Notes: generated by a model not told the origin, from the letters alone. A DNA stretch of 64,000 nucleotides from Eledone cirrhosa (GCA_964016885.1 OZ024740.1:153140001-153204000); one strand, 5' to 3'. Counted from the stretch's first letter, positions 36,851-50,030 are shown. A program made the numbers and translations.

Positions 36851-37745
36851 TTTAGGTGGGCACTTATAAATCATCAGTGAAAGCCCGTTAAACTTTGATA
36901 TAAGAAAAGAATTTCTTACCGCTGTCAAAAATCGTGTCTGTAAAGTCGCTCCCTCTCGCCTCGAATGACCGCCAAATTTGAAATTCCAGCAGTTTTTGAC
37001 TGAGGAAGTATCATAGCGACACGAAGCGGGAAGGGGAGACAACCCACGATCCACGAAATGAGGAAAAAAATAATAATATACACGCGGGTTAATTAGTTTT
37101 TTTGAAAACATTATCAATCCAATGTGTTAAGAACTCAATTGAAAATAAAAAAATAAATATATGCTTGTATAAATTACACACGCATATAGATATTTTCTCA
37201 GGCTAAATCAGAAGTTGTACCCGAATAAGAACCGCATCTCATAACCGCAGTAAATGCAGAAAGTTATGCTTTAAAGGGCTAATGGGAATGTAAATCTCCG
37301 GCCGAATTAAGAGTAAAATATAAAACACACGCGGGTTAATCAGTTATTTCAAAACCAATATTAATTCCTCGTGTAAAGAACTCAATTAATAAAAGAAAAT
37401 AAATGTATGCATGTAATTATATAGGTAGGCATATATATATTTTCTTAGGCTAAAAAACAGAGAAGTTACAACCAAAAAAAGCCACAACATTTCACAACAG
37501 TAACAAATACGGAAAGTCAAATTCATAAGGTACCTGGAAATAAACACCTCTGGCCAATCAAGAGTAAATATTTAATACAATAACAGAGATAGTTTAAAGC
37601 TAAACTCTGACTGGTAACCATCTCACTCAACAAACATTAGGTTATATTTAAATATAAACCCAATTTAAGTGTTTGGGGTGCTAACAATATGTATAATGTG
37701 GAAAATCCAGTTGTATTATTTTATGAGATATAATTAAAGTTAAAG

Positions 37746-37748
<3 letters not shown>
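36572..37748. repeat. Near-identical ~177 bp direct repeats (36572-36748, 37571-37748) flanking a diverged ~248 bp tandem pair
   Basis: 'tttaatacaataacagagatag...aattaaagttaaagtat' twice; 'acacgcgggttaat' at ~37080 and ~37327. Confidence 0.85.
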
Positions 37749-37844
<96 letters not shown>

Positions 37845-38399
37845 TTAGTTATTCTGTGATTAGTTATTTTGTGAAAAGAGATTGTGTTGCCTATTTCAAT
37901 GTACAATCATTTTATCAAAATAAGGAAAGGGTTTCTCATTTTGTGCGTAAAATATAAAGAACATATTTTGAAGAAATCATCTAAGTTGTTAGCTTCCAGG
38001 TTGGAGAACATTCTTTACTTTTACAAGGAACGAAATCACGTTATATTGCCTCAGGTAAAAGGCTTTACTACCCTTCTTAAAAGAGAATAATTTGTTTTGC
38101 TGCAAAAAATATTAAATTGGGCATATCAGAATACAGGCCAAGTGAATGGTAGTTATTTGTAGTATGTGCAAGGTCACCGTTTGCGAAGAATTTCTTTGGG
38201 AACTTTAATATCTCTTTCTATAAACCTTGCTGTAAAAAATGAGCATCAAACTGCATTATTTTCACAGCCATTGGATAGTTTACGATATAACCTCGGTATT
38301 TAAGTGAGAAACAGAGTGAACAATTTCAGCAAGAAATAAGTACCGCGAAAGAACGCTAGCCCGGGCGATGGAATAGTCACATTACTGGAGGAGCATCTA

Positions 38400-38545
38400 A
38401 TAATTAATTGTTTCTACTTTTGGCACAAGGCCAGCAATTATCCCAGTGCATTACTGGTACTTTATTTTATCGACCCCGTAAGGATAAAAGGCAAAGTTAA
38501 CCTCGGCGGGATTTGAACTCAGACCGTAAAGGGGCGTAACTCTTT
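38400..38545 (-). mobile_element. Meta-domain tRNA-derived SINE, 5'-truncated
   Basis: GAGTTCAAATCCCGCCGAGGTTAACTTTGCCTTTTATCCTTACGGGGTCGATAAAATAAAGTACCAG. Confidence 0.8.
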
Positions 38546-38683
38546 GGCACATCTCATCACAAGAAATCTCAGAAACGCGGTATCTGTGAAATGTCAAATT
38601 GAAAATAAAATTTGTTTTTGTCGCTCATGTCTTATGCTTCTTTGAATTTAATCAATAATAAATATATATATATACATATATAT

Positions 38684-38727
<44 letters not shown>

Positions 38728-38729
<2 letters not shown>

Positions 38730-41700
38730 TCATCATCATGATCATCATCGTTTAACGTCCATCTTCCACGCTTGCATGGGTTTGGACGGGAGTTTTCCCA
38801 CTTGAGGCAAGATTGGTTATCTTGCTCGTATAGGACTGTCTAGCGGGTTTTCTACGGCTGGATGCCCTTCCTAACACCAACAACGTTTACAGTGTGGACT
38901 GGGACCTTTTTACCGTGTTACCTACACGACCACATTACAGCGTGGACTGTGTGTTTTTTTTTCGTGACACCTACACGACCTCATTTATTTCGGACTGGAT
39001 GTTGTGGTACCAACATAACTTTACATCGAAAGGGGTGGTGTGGATGGGGTGGGAGTGGTGGGACGGGGGTGTATTTTTGTTAGAGGTGTCTACTGACTGT
39101 AGGTTTCGCTCTGTTCTTAGGCAAGGCGGGTCTTCTGTATTACTGTGTAGCGCCAAAGATCTCGGTCCAGTGACATTGTCTTGGAGAGGTGTAAGTGTGT
39201 GAGATCGGAATTTATCAAGTCGTCCCAGGCTTTTCTGGGTCTGCTTACTCCGTGGCTACCGTCTATTTTTATCGCCCTGCACTTTTTTATACAGCTGTCG
39301 TCTTTCATGCGCATCACGTGACCATACCAACGTAGTCTTCTCTCGAGTAAACAACATCTGATTCCTCTTATTCCTAATTTCTCCCTTAGTTCATTTATGC
39401 TTTGCCGTTCACGTATATTACTATTACACATCCAACGGAGCATGCAAGCTTCGTTCCTCTCCAGTCTGCGTATATCCTCTGCACACAATGCCCAGGTCTC
39501 ACTGCCATGCAACATTGCTGTTCGTATGCAGGCATCATACAGCTTGCCTTTCATTTTTATGGAGAACTCTTTAGCGGCCAATAGTGGTATAAGCTCTCTG
39601 AACTTTTTCCATCCTGTTCTGACTCTGGCTACTGTACTTTCAGAGCACCCTCCACCACTGCTGATTTTGTCACCCAGGTAACGGAAGGTGTCCACTATTT
39701 CTATAGAACCATCTGTGCAATGGAATGAGCTAGTATTCTATGGGCACTTGCTGCTACTTATTGCACCTGAGCACTGGCCACATATAAAATCTATATTCTT
39801 AGTTAGCTTACCTGTGATCCCACTACATCTTTTATGCACCCATACTTTGCATTTGGGACATAAAATGGAGTTTCTGTCTACTCCTTTCCTACACACTGAG
39901 CATGGTCATTTCCCAGATGGGACCAGTGCCCTATTTTCCTTCCTACAAACTAGAACTTTAGTCTTAGACAGGTTAATTTTAAGCCCTTTTGATTCTAGGC
40001 CATGCTTCCATGTTTGGAATTTCTTCTCTAGTTCAGCCATTGATTCAGATATGAGCGTTAGATCATCTGCGTATAGAAGTTCCCATGGGCAGCCGGTCTT
40101 GAACTCCTCTGTTATAGCCTGAAGGGAAATAATAAATAGTAGGGGGCTAAGGACGGAGGCCTGATGAACACCAACTTTTCCGCTAAACTCTTCACTATAT
40201 TCGTTGTTAATTCTAACCTTGCTGACTGTTTCTTTATACATGACTTGTATAGCTCTCACAAGCCATTCATCAACACCTAGTTTTCTAAGGGCTCACCAGA
40301 TAATCGAGGGGGGGTACTCTGTCAAAGGCTTTCTCCAAGTCAACAAAAGCTAAGTATAGGGGTTTACTTTTAGCTAGGTACTTCTCCTGTAGTTGTCGTA
40401 CAATGAAAAGAGCGTCTGTTGTACTTTTACCTGACACAAACCCGAACTGCATTTCATCTAGATCAATTCGCTCTCTGATTAGTTGCGCTATTACTTTTTC
40501 TGTGACCTTCATGACCTGGTCAATTAATTTAATGCCTCTATAGTTTCCCCTATCTAGGGCATCTCCTTTACTCTTTTAGCAGTTAATGATGCTGCTGTTG
40601 CGCCAGTCCTTCGGAACAACCCCATTCTGTATGACTTAGTTTACTATCCGGGTGATTATAGTGTGTCCCACCGTTCCAGATGCTTTCAGCATTTCAGCAA
40701 CTATTTCCGAAGGCCCAGCCGCCTTGCCTGTCTTCATGTCATTGATCGCCTTACTTATTATACTACCTTCAACGATGTGGGGGAGACTGTTTTTCTCCCA
40801 TTTATTCTCCCCATTTAGTAGCCTTTCGTAGTGAAACTTCCAAGCTACCTTCTTATCAGCGTCAGGGATGGCAAGTTCACCATAATTGCTCTTCCTTACT
40901 ATCAAAAGCATCAAGTAATATGCTTTTAAATTTATTACTGGCTGTGGAGTCCTTTAACTTCCATATTTTTCTCCTGAGGATAGTCCTCTTCTGTTGTCGA
41001 GTACGTCTCGTCCTGACTATGAGGTCGCTAATTATGAGTCTATGTTGAGAGGTGCATTCTTCATGGGGGAGGGATTTAGTGTTTACAACAGACACTCTGT
41101 CACGTCTCCTGGTAAGGATATAATCTACCTGGCTGGTGTGTTCCCCTGATCTATAGGTGATCAAGTGATTGTCTCGTTTTTTGAAGTTAGTGTTACAGAT
41201 AGTTAGGTTATTTGCGTCACAGAATTCCAGGATTCTGGAGCCTTCCTCATTTCTAGTACCAAACCCATAGCCTCCATGGATTCCGTCATAGCCGTCACAA
41301 TGTTGTCCAACGTGACCATTTAGGTCGCCAGCGATAACTATGTAGTCACTGTCGGTTATTTGGGAGGTAGTGAGCATTAACGTCTCATAGAATCTGTCTT
41401 TTATAATGCCAGGCAGTCCGGATTGTGGTGCATATGCAGATATTATTGTCACAGTAGTTCTATTGAGGACAAGTCTTATTTTAATTATTCTGTCGTTCAC
41501 TCTATTTACGTCTATTATCTTATCTGCCCACTTTTCAGCTACCATGATTCCTACCCCACCCAGCCCATTGTCATTTCCCACCCAGAAAAGCTTATAGCAT
41601 TGTTCTTTACCCACAATGAATCTAGCAGACCCACCCCTCCACCTGGTCTCTTGAATACAGCAAACATCGACCTCCTTACGTTCAAGAATTTCTACAACCT

Positions 41701-41990
41701 CGTTAGAGCGACCTTTTAAGGTACCTACACTCATGGTACCAACTCTGAAGTTTTGGATTGCGTTTGGAGGGTGGGAACGGTGGGGCGCAGGGGGGTGAGG
41801 GAGATGGGGTTATGTTAGCCATCCGCGGCCGAAATAAAGAGGAGGAGTCCTTACATTCTCGTTCGGCAGCATGAGGTGAATTTGTCTTTATCTTTGGCAT
41901 TGTCACTGAGTGTCCAGATTTTTTCTTTTCAAACTCTCCAGAATTCCGTAGTCCATCCATCATATCGAAAGGCAACCAGGTCTAAACTTA
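38728..41990 (-). mobile_element. RTE-clade LINE, near full length, degraded
   Basis: APE (CCIQETRWRG, ISAYAPQ, AGDLNGHVG, SQVDYIL, SQHRL) 40877-41734; RT (QFGF, FVDLEKAFDRVP, GVHQ.SVLSP, LLYADD); FRYLG...RLRWYGHVMR; (ATG)n tail; internal deletion near 40885; 5' limit uncertain. Confidence 0.92.
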
Positions 41991-42083
41991 AGTGATAGCA
42001 TAGGCCGCTGACTTATGATTGGCCCACGTGATAATGGTGCTGAGTGGGGGAGGGTGGGAGGGATATGGGGTAGTTAGCGAGAA

Positions 42084-42417
42084 GGTTAAGGTTTAAATAA
42101 AATCCACGAATTTGGGGCATAATTTAACAAGCATAAAAAATACAAGAAGATTTGTTTTGAAAAATACGATAGAATTATCGAATAGAAGAAGCAAAGATTG
42201 GATTCTGGGCGAAATGATACAGATAGATGAATGGACCAGGGAATAAAAAATGGAGAGAAGAGTGAAGAAATAGCAATTAGGTTAAGGTTTAAATAAAATC
42301 CTCGAATTTTGGGCATAATTTAACCAGCATAAAAAATACAAGAAGATTTGTTTTGAAAAATACGATAGAATTATCGAATAGAAAAAGCAAAGATTGGATT
42401 CTGGGCGAAATGATACA

Positions 42418-42420
<3 letters not shown>
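42084..42420. repeat. ~196 bp tandem duplication (1.7 copies)
   Basis: 'ggttaaggtttaaataaaatcc.cgaattt' at 42084 and 42280. Confidence 0.85.
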
Positions 42421-42455
<35 letters not shown>

Positions 42456-42477
42456 TTTTTTTCTCTTCCCTTACTAC

Positions 42478-42662
42478 TCTGGTTGAGGAAATTCACGATT
42501 TTCTGGATGAAGACTGTTGTGTGTCTTTAAAGACAATAAGCATACAGTTTGGAGTTCGTGTGACAACTGAACACAGAATTGTTCATGAAAATCTGAACAT
42601 GCACAAAATGTTTGCAAAGTTTGTTCCCAGGATGCTCAGTGACAAACAGAAGGAAGGACAGA
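42478..42662 (+). pseudogene. mariner (Tc1/mariner) transposase fragment
   Basis: DEDCCVSLKTISIQFGV...HRIVHENLNMHKMFAKFVPRMLSDKQKE: second HTH plus WVPxxL-like linker. Confidence 0.8.
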
Positions 42663-43184
42663 AATAATGAACTATCACTTGCTACTTACAGTGGCATCTC
42701 GGTATAGCTACGTGCGCTATAACATAGCGATGTCGAATCTTCGACCGTTTGTCTGAGACTCTATCGAAATTGTTTGGGAATAAATGTAAATATATATAGT
42801 AAATATAATGAACATTCCTGGATAGCACTGAGTAACTCAAGCATTCAGGAGAACTTGGTAAAGTATCAGCAAATACAATTTGTTGCGATTACTAAGAATG
42901 GGTTAATAAGGACAAAGATAAAGACTGTAAGCGAAGTAAAATCAAGTTCAATAGTTTCTTAAGTAGAAAATGCCGGGGATGTCTGAGGCAATCTCCAATA
43001 AGAATTTAGTATATGATACAATATATACCGTAACATATAGGATAATTGTTGTGTGTGATATTAAAAAGGAGGTAATTCATAGAAAAGAAGGGCACAACTT
43101 GTAAATTAATAAGACATGAAAGAGAACAATGGATCTTTTCTAAATCAATCTTGAGATGTGGTAAATTGAAGTTACAACAATAAC

Positions 43185-43421
43185 AACAACAATAATAGTA
43201 AAAATATTTTCTTATTTAGGCACAAGGCCAGCAATTTTGGAGGAGGAGGAAAGTCGATTAAATCGATCTCAGTTCATTAATGGTACTTTATTTTATCGAC
43301 CCCGTAAGGATGAAAGACATATCTAACTTCGGCGGGATTTGATCTCAGAACGTAAAGGCCGTAACTCTATGCCTCGAAGCATGGTATCTGATGCTCTACC
43401 GATTTTGCCAATCCACCGCCC
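43185..43421 (-). mobile_element. Meta-domain SINE, near full length
   Basis: A box TGGCAAAATCGG, B-box-like GAGATCAAATCC, CTTTCATCCTTACGGGGTCGATAAAATAAAGTACC, tail GGCCTTGTGCCTAAA. Confidence 0.8.
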
Positions 43422-44025
43422 TAGCCAGAGATGTGGGTTCGTGTCCCATGTACGTCAATGCTCATTTATTTTTCCATTCTGTGGGTTTTTATAACTCCAA
43501 TTATTAGGCTAACTAGCAGAAAACCACCCTTCGGTGGTTTTCTGCTAGTATGTGTAGTGTGTATATTGATATTATACGCATATATATATATATACATATA
43601 GATATGATACATCAAATGAAATCGTAATTGATAATATACACAGAAATTGAACGAGGTCTGCATTACACTCTCTTCTGTAATCATTAAAAAAAGACGATAT
43701 TATATATAAACTGCATTAGGAAAAAAATTAATAACGGAAATATATGTGATGTTTTGATAAGCAATCGCTAACCGGAAGTGTTGACATTTGAAAAATTTAA
43801 AGAAGTGAATCTTAAATAAGTAATAGCATTATTTATATTTAATCAAGAATAACGAAATTTAGTAGATTAATTATGAAATATTCATTCATTATTTATTCAA
43901 AGTAATCCAACTTATTTTACAAGCAGGATAAACAAATATATTCTAGATGCAGTCCCGCACTCCTTTCTTTAATATAGTTAAGATTTATTTAGTCAAAAAT
44001 ACAACGGCGGCACCATTTCACTATC

Positions 44026-44067
<42 letters not shown>

Positions 44068-44071
<4 letters not shown>

Positions 44072-44141
44072 TGTTTCTACTTTAGGCACAAGGCCAGCAA
44101 TTACCCAGTGCATTACTGGTACTTTATTTTATAGACCCCGT
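44068..44141 (-). mobile_element. 3' fragment of the same SINE embedded in (TAA)n
   Basis: Matches 38406-38480; (TAA)n on both sides. Confidence 0.8.
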
Positions 44142-44161
44142 AATAATAATAATAATAATAA

Positions 44162-44216
<55 letters not shown>

Positions 44217-44476
44217 TTTTCTTTATTAACCACAAGGGTTTACATAAAGTAGACATTAAGGACAGTACAGGACAATACAGGACGGTACAAATGGGCATTT
44301 CTGCGTGTAAAAAACAAAAACAGAGGATGTAACAAAAATAACAATGAAAATAACAATGAAAAATTCCCCAATAGGGGGGAGACTTCGGAGGGACATTTGT
44401 GGAGAAAGCCCAGTAAAAAGCCACAATGACCCTGACCACCAAGGCAAGTGCCCTCTCCCAGTTTTCCACCTTTAAT

Positions 44477-47400
44477 TTACAGATATATGCTCAGAGTAGG
44501 CCCATTCACTCGGGCCATTCTTGCTTCTCTCACCCATCTTTCAACAAAATGCTGGGAAGAGAGCACTTCCCTCTCTACTCTGATTTTCCTTTTCAAATGA
44601 AATTTGAAAAAGTCAATCAGAGCATCACCGAAGAGGTAAGTGCTCGTCTCCAGCCCTTTCAAACGTGTCCACCATACTATCTCTTTCGCCATGGCCACCA
44701 GACAGATAAAAACTGCCTGCCCTTCCCGGTTAAAGGAGGAGGGCGGGGCAATCCTCACGATGGACTCAGATGATAGCCGGATCCGTCCTAAACGCGACAG
44801 CAGGTGTTCGACATAAACCCACAAGTCAGCAATTTTCGGACACTGGACGAATGCGTGCAGGACGGTTTCGTCGCCCTGCGCGCACCTCGGACATGCCCGG
44901 CTGATGGCACCTCCATGCCTGTAGAGTTTATCCCGAACTGGCAAGGCTCCTCGGTAGCACTGCCAGGCCAGAGATTTCTGGAAGTTGTCCATAGGCCCTG
45001 GCCCGAAAGTTCTTCCGAAGAGATTGGCTAGTTGATTTTCGTCGACGCCTAGAGTTTCCCCAAGTACGTCGTCGCTCTTCCCCTCCACTAATCCTCTATA
45101 GAACGCCGAGGTGGAGTTTCCACCGATCACATTGCCCGATTGGTCGAGGGCTGTGAGCGCCTGAAGACATTCCAGTCTCCAGGCGCTCCCTCTCGGTCTT
45201 CGCTTGACCCGGGACTGCAGCTCCGTCAAGGAAACGAGCTGGGGAAATACGCGTCTAGCAAACGGCGACCACACCTGATCACCGTCGAGGAAGAGGTGTA
45301 GATGTCGTAGCCTGAGCGCGTGCCTGCGCATCATCAGCCACGGCATGCCCAGCCCTCCACGTAGCGGGTGTTGACAACAGATGGACCGCCTGACCATCGG
45401 AGCGCGTCCCTTCCACAAAAAGCGAAAGAGCAAACGCTCCAGCGCAGTCAGGCGAGGCTTAGGACAAGGTACGACGGTCAGGCGGTAGCAGATGACGGAC
45501 GCGATGTACGCGTTAGCCACTTCCGCTCGACCTTTCAGGGATAGCGTCCTCTCGGCCCATTTCTGGGTGAGAGAAGCCACCCTGCTCGTCACCTCGTCCC
45601 AGTTTTTGTCCGTCTGGAGGTCCGGACCGAACCAGACCCCTAGCAATTTAACCGGTCCGTCCGTCCAGCGTCCGACGACGCTGTTGGACGGCATGGACCT
45701 GCCTCTCCAGGTGCCGAGCTGCAGGCCCACTGACTTTTCCTGGTTGATCATTGTTCCTGTCACCGCTTCGTATTCTCTTAGTGTAGTGCCGATCGCCTCG
45801 ATGTGTTTGGCGTTCGACACCACTACGGTGACATCGTCCGCATATGCTGACACGGATCTTCCGCATCCTAGTTCGCGCGGGACGCCCCTCAACGTCTCCA
45901 GTTTGTGCAGTAATGGCTCGAGAGTCAATACGTACAAGAGGGACGAGAGGGGACATCCTTGGCGGACCGAGCGCATGATGTTGAACGGTTCCGACAGGTG
46001 ACCGTTCACTCTCACAACAGAGCAGATGTCGCTGTGCTTGGCAGCGATCCAGCCTCTGAAGACGGGCCCAAAGCCAGCCGCCCTCAGGACTGCCGCTAGG
46101 TAACGATGGTCGACCCTATCGAAAGCTTTCGACTGATCTAAATTGATCAAGGACCCACCCGTGCCAGGTTCCCTAGCTACCCTCTCTACGATGTATCGCA
46201 TGAAGTGGAGGTTGTCGTGGATGGATCTGTCGGGAATGGCGCATGTCTGCGCCTCTCCCACCAGACCACCAACGACAAGCGCCAACCTCTTTGCTAGCAC
46301 CTTGGCCAAAATCTTAAACTCTGTGTTTAGCAGAGTTATGGGCCGGAAATTTTCTATGTTATCCCCCTGTTCTGATCCTTTCTCAGCAGTGCCACCGCTC
46401 CTCGGCTCACAGAACTGGGAATTCTCCCGTTCTGTTGCCAGTTGCAGTAGACGTCCGCCAAGAGGCCTCCGAACAAGTCTGGCATCTGTACGTAAAGTTC
46501 ATAGGGCAGACCATCCAAACCAGGCGATTTACCCCTTGTGCAGCCAGTCATTGCCTCCCTTACTTCAGCGGCTGTTATCGGCTTTTCGCAACACTTCGCC
46601 TCAGTGGCCGAGAGCCGCGGCAGTCCGTCGAGGTAGACACTAAAGTCCATCCCTCGACCCGGCCCACCGCTGCCCCCGAACAGCTGAGCGAAGTGTCGCT
46701 GAAAAGCTTCACACATTTGCCCGGGATCGAGTAGCATGCGCCCGTCGTGGTCCACCAAAGACCGGATCGTGGCTTTGTTGCCACGATGCGCCTCCGCCAC
46801 TCGGGCCCATTGAACGGCTTTCGTTCCCCCGTGTCTGAAAGCACGCACCCTTGCTCTGACAACGCAGCCTTCGTGCTTTGCATTGAAGAATTGGTCAAGG
46901 GCCAATTTCGCCGCAAGCACGTCGGTCGCAATGCCTTTGCTAAGCGCCTCGTCTAATTTTCTAACTAGATCTCCCTCTGCTCTATTTTTCTCTATTGCTA
47001 AAGCCTTACTAAACCTAATGGATTCTATTCTAATCGCTCTTTTCAGAGCAAACCACCACTTGTTGTTGACGATGGCCCCCGTCAACGCCCGCTTAACTAG
47101 TTCGCTAATCCGGTCTCTGTAGGCCTTGCGCGCTGGTAAGGACGCGTTTAGCTTCCAGTAGCCGGGTCCTCGTCTATGAAGCCTATCTAAGTCAAGCACA
47201 CAGATCACGAATTTGTGGTCCGTGTAGCTGACTATCTTGAATTGTGGACAGCCTATGCTAGACCTATCTATTTCCCTACAAAATACTCTATCTAGATATG
47301 ATCTGGATGACCCTATTCGATTTGTCCAAGTCCACATTGGCGCATTCGGGAAATCCAATCGGTACCTGTCAGACAGTTCAAAACGCCTGAGCAGGTTGGT

Positions 47401-47889
47401 GAGGCTCTTGCACTCTCCACCCCTATCCGCTAATCCCACACAGTCCCAGCGTGCATCTAAGATCCCGTTCCAGTCGCCCACTAAAGAGCGGGACGTTCCA
47501 AGAAAGGTCTCCAGACGCCGGAAGAAATCAGGCCGCCCTGCTCCTGTCGGGACATAGACGGCCACTAGCCAGAAAGCTTGCCCGTCTCCGCTGGTCACGT
47601 CCAGCACCACCAGCTTACCCTCTGGGTCCAGGAAGATGGCCCGTATGGCGAGATCCAAACGTCTCCGAAAAAGCACAGCAACTCCTCCACCCGATCCAGG
47701 ACGGCTGGGAGATGCGTACACATCGTAACCGCCGAAGATCGGTGCGAAGGCCCGTGCTTCGGAGATTCTGGTCTCGCTGATGGCCACTACATCTATGTTT
47801 AGTGACCTGAGGTCGTTGAGTAGGTGACCCTGCTTCCATGACGACCCCAAGCCACGCGCATTTATGCTGCCTATTCTGAGTGAGGTCAT
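44477..47889 (-). CDS. Tx1-A ORF2: APE endonuclease, RT, CCHC tail; single frameshift near 46370
   Basis: SINARGL, ISETR, GDWN, SYLDR, TDHK; NFRPITLLN, DQSKAFDRVDH, VRQGCPLS, AYADD; CPRCAQGDETVLHAFVQC. Confidence 0.9.
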
Positions 47890-47924
47890 GTTTAAAATAG
47901 AGTGGAAAAGATGGGAAAGACCAC

Positions 47925-50030
47925 TTACCGTACTTTTGGTAGAGGAGGGATGGTTTTTACATCCCTTTTCACTTGATCGTCTGGTGAAGGGACCGTTGAA
48001 TCGTCCCTTCGGCTGGTCGTCGGCTCTTCTAAGAGAATGTCTGAATATACTCTTCGATTGATGGTTCCTCCTAGGTCCCTGAAATCACCAACTGCGTTGG
48101 GGAATTTCATTTTAATGTTTGTGTATTGTTTCTGTGCTATTTTTAGCAGTCTTATGTTAGTTGGCGTTTTGATTGGTGCTGGTATTATGTAGTCCTGTTG
48201 TGAAATGTCTGTGTGTTCAATTATGTAAGTCATTAGTTTCTTGTTGTGTGTATTTATTGCCGTGCATTTGTTTTTCTGGGGGTGGGGTGTGGTTCTGCTA
48301 TTTTCTTGTCGTTGTTGCTGGGTGTGTGTGTTTTGTTGTTGTGTTTGCGATGTTGGTGCTTGCGGTGGTGGTGTTGAAGGTGTTGTTGGCGGTGGGGTTG
48401 TCGCCGGTGGTGATGGTGGTGCTAGTGTGGGTGGTGATGGTGTTGGTGGTGTTGCTGCTGTGGGTCTATTTGCAGTAGACTTTACCCTTTTCTCATTTCT
48501 TTCCTCCCTTTTCAAAGGCGACGATGCGCTGCTTCTGCGTTTGTGCCTTCTTACGACCTTTTGCCATCCCTCTCCCACCTCACACTCCATGTCTGATTCT
48601 GTGAGGTCGGGGAGGGGTACCAGCTCCACTCTTTCACTTGTTGTTGGTGATGTTTGCACTGGAGTCTCTGTTGCAGCTGCATTTGGTATTGCTGTTGTTG
48701 TTGTTAATATTTCCACTGCTGCTGCTGTTTTTGATTTCCGTGGAGTGGGTATGGGTGCCACGGACCTATCGTTCCTGGTTGCCGCTTGTCCTGTTGCTGG
48801 TAGCCGTGGAGCCGGATTCGGAAGGAGGGGGGTTTTCTCCTTTCTCAGGGTCTTCTCGTTGCAGAAGGCCCTGAGGTGAGTCTTCGATCCACAGCGAAAG
48901 CATTTCGGGCGTTTGCCCTCAACACTTATGGGCAGTTGAGTGCCGTTATCGAAGTCTATCACATCCGGGATAGCTTCGATGCACTCCTGGTTGGTTTGGA
49001 TTAGCATCTCAATGGAGGTGCCGACCCAATCTTCTCTTACTTTTTTCTGTACTTGCAGTACAGTTGTTTTGTCCTCGATTCCGACGAGGACAGACGCGGC
49101 CAGCCAAGAAGGGGCCATTCCGGGGGGGGGGGGGGCGTGGGTCAGTTTGACCCTCACAATTTTTTTCCCGCAGTAGGAGGGCACCAACACCATTTCCTCG
49201 CTCCTTAGGGTCACTACTGATTGGGCCTTTGCCTCCTGGGGTGTGGCAAAAAGTACGTCTACGGTGGCATATTTTTTGCCTCGGGTGATGTGCGTTTTCC
49301 GCTGCCACACAGACCCCAAGGCTTTTTGTATCTGAGCCTCTGTGGCTCTTTCCACCCTACGGGATTTTGTACTTACTGTACGGTACGTGACCGTACAGTG
49401 CTGTTGGGTTTCGAAAAATGTTTCCGCTGCCTTGCAGATTGCTCGGTGTCCATTCTTTGTCACCATCTTCTTCGCTTCCTCTAATTCCTCATTTGTTATG
49501 AGGATTGTTTCCAAGTTTTTCGCAATGCCTGCAAATGAGATTGGTTTTTCTTTGCTGCTTTTGTTGTTGTTGTCGTCAGAGCTGCTGGTACTTTTGTTGT
49601 TGCTGCAGGTACTACGACTACTGCCTCCGCCGCTGTTGCTGTGGTTGTTGTTGGTGTTGCTGCTGCTAATGCTGTTGTTGTTTATGCTGCTGGTGATGCT
49701 GTTGCGGCTGCTACTGTTGTTTTCATTGTCACTGTTGCTGTTGTTATTACGGCTGCTACTGCTATTATTCCTGACGTCAGACGAATGAACTGGGTTTTCG
49801 TATTTCCCGCACACCTGTTTCGTCGCTGTCGTCGTCGTCGTGGAGAAACCTTGCACGCTTTGCACGAGACTTTTCTTTTCTTTCGTCACTTGCGAAAGAG
49901 AAGGGAGGGAGAGAGACACATTTAAAGAAGGGAGGGAGAGAGACAATCTTCTCTCTGCTGTAGTGATGATTGAGGAAGAAGAAGACGGAATGAGTGGGAG
50001 TGACGTATGAAATTTCTTTTTCGTAGCCAT
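47925..50030 (-). CDS. Tx1-A ORF1: gag-like protein with CCHC knuckle and low-complexity tails
   Basis: Open 701 aa frame; CFRCGSKTHLRAFC; Ser/Asn-rich N-terminus and Pro/Thr-rich linker; GWQKV.RR motif. Confidence 0.88.
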   Translation of the reverse strand: MATKKKFHTSLPLIPSSSSSIITTAERRLSLSLPSLNVSLSLPSLSQVTKEKKSLVQSVQGFSTTTTTATKQVCGKYENPVHSSDVRNNSSSSRNNNSNSDNENNSSSRNSITSSINNNSISSSNTNNNHSNSGGGSSRSTCSNNKSTSSSDDNNNKSSKEKPISFAGIAKNLETILITNEELEEAKKMVTKNGHRAICKAAETFFETQQHCTVTYRTVSTKSRRVERATEAQIQKALGSVWQRKTHITRGKKYATVDVLFATPQEAKAQSVVTLRSEEMVLVPSYCGKKIVRVKLTHAPPPPGMAPSWLAASVLVGIEDKTTVLQVQKKVREDWVGTSIEMLIQTNQECIEAIPDVIDFDNGTQLPISVEGKRPKCFRCGSKTHLRAFCNEKTLRKEKTPLLPNPAPRLPATGQAATRNDRSVAPIPTPRKSKTAAAVEILTTTTAIPNAAATETPVQTSPTTSERVELVPLPDLTESDMECEVGEGWQKVVRRHKRRSSASSPLKREERNEKRVKSTANRPTAATPPTPSPPTLAPPSPPATTPPPTTPSTPPPQAPTSQTQQQNTHTQQQRQENSRTTPHPQKNKCTAINTHNKKLMTYIIEHTDISQQDYIIPAPIKTPTNIRLLKIAQKQYTNIKMKFPNAVGDFRDLGGTINRRVYSDILLEEPTTSRRDDSTVPSPDDQVKRDVKTIPPLPKVR

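Noticed and set aside
39906-39908. In-frame TGA before the RTE PHD finger as selenocysteine or readthrough
   Set aside because: It is most simply a TGG-to-TGA mutation in a copy that has other frameshifts and deletions.
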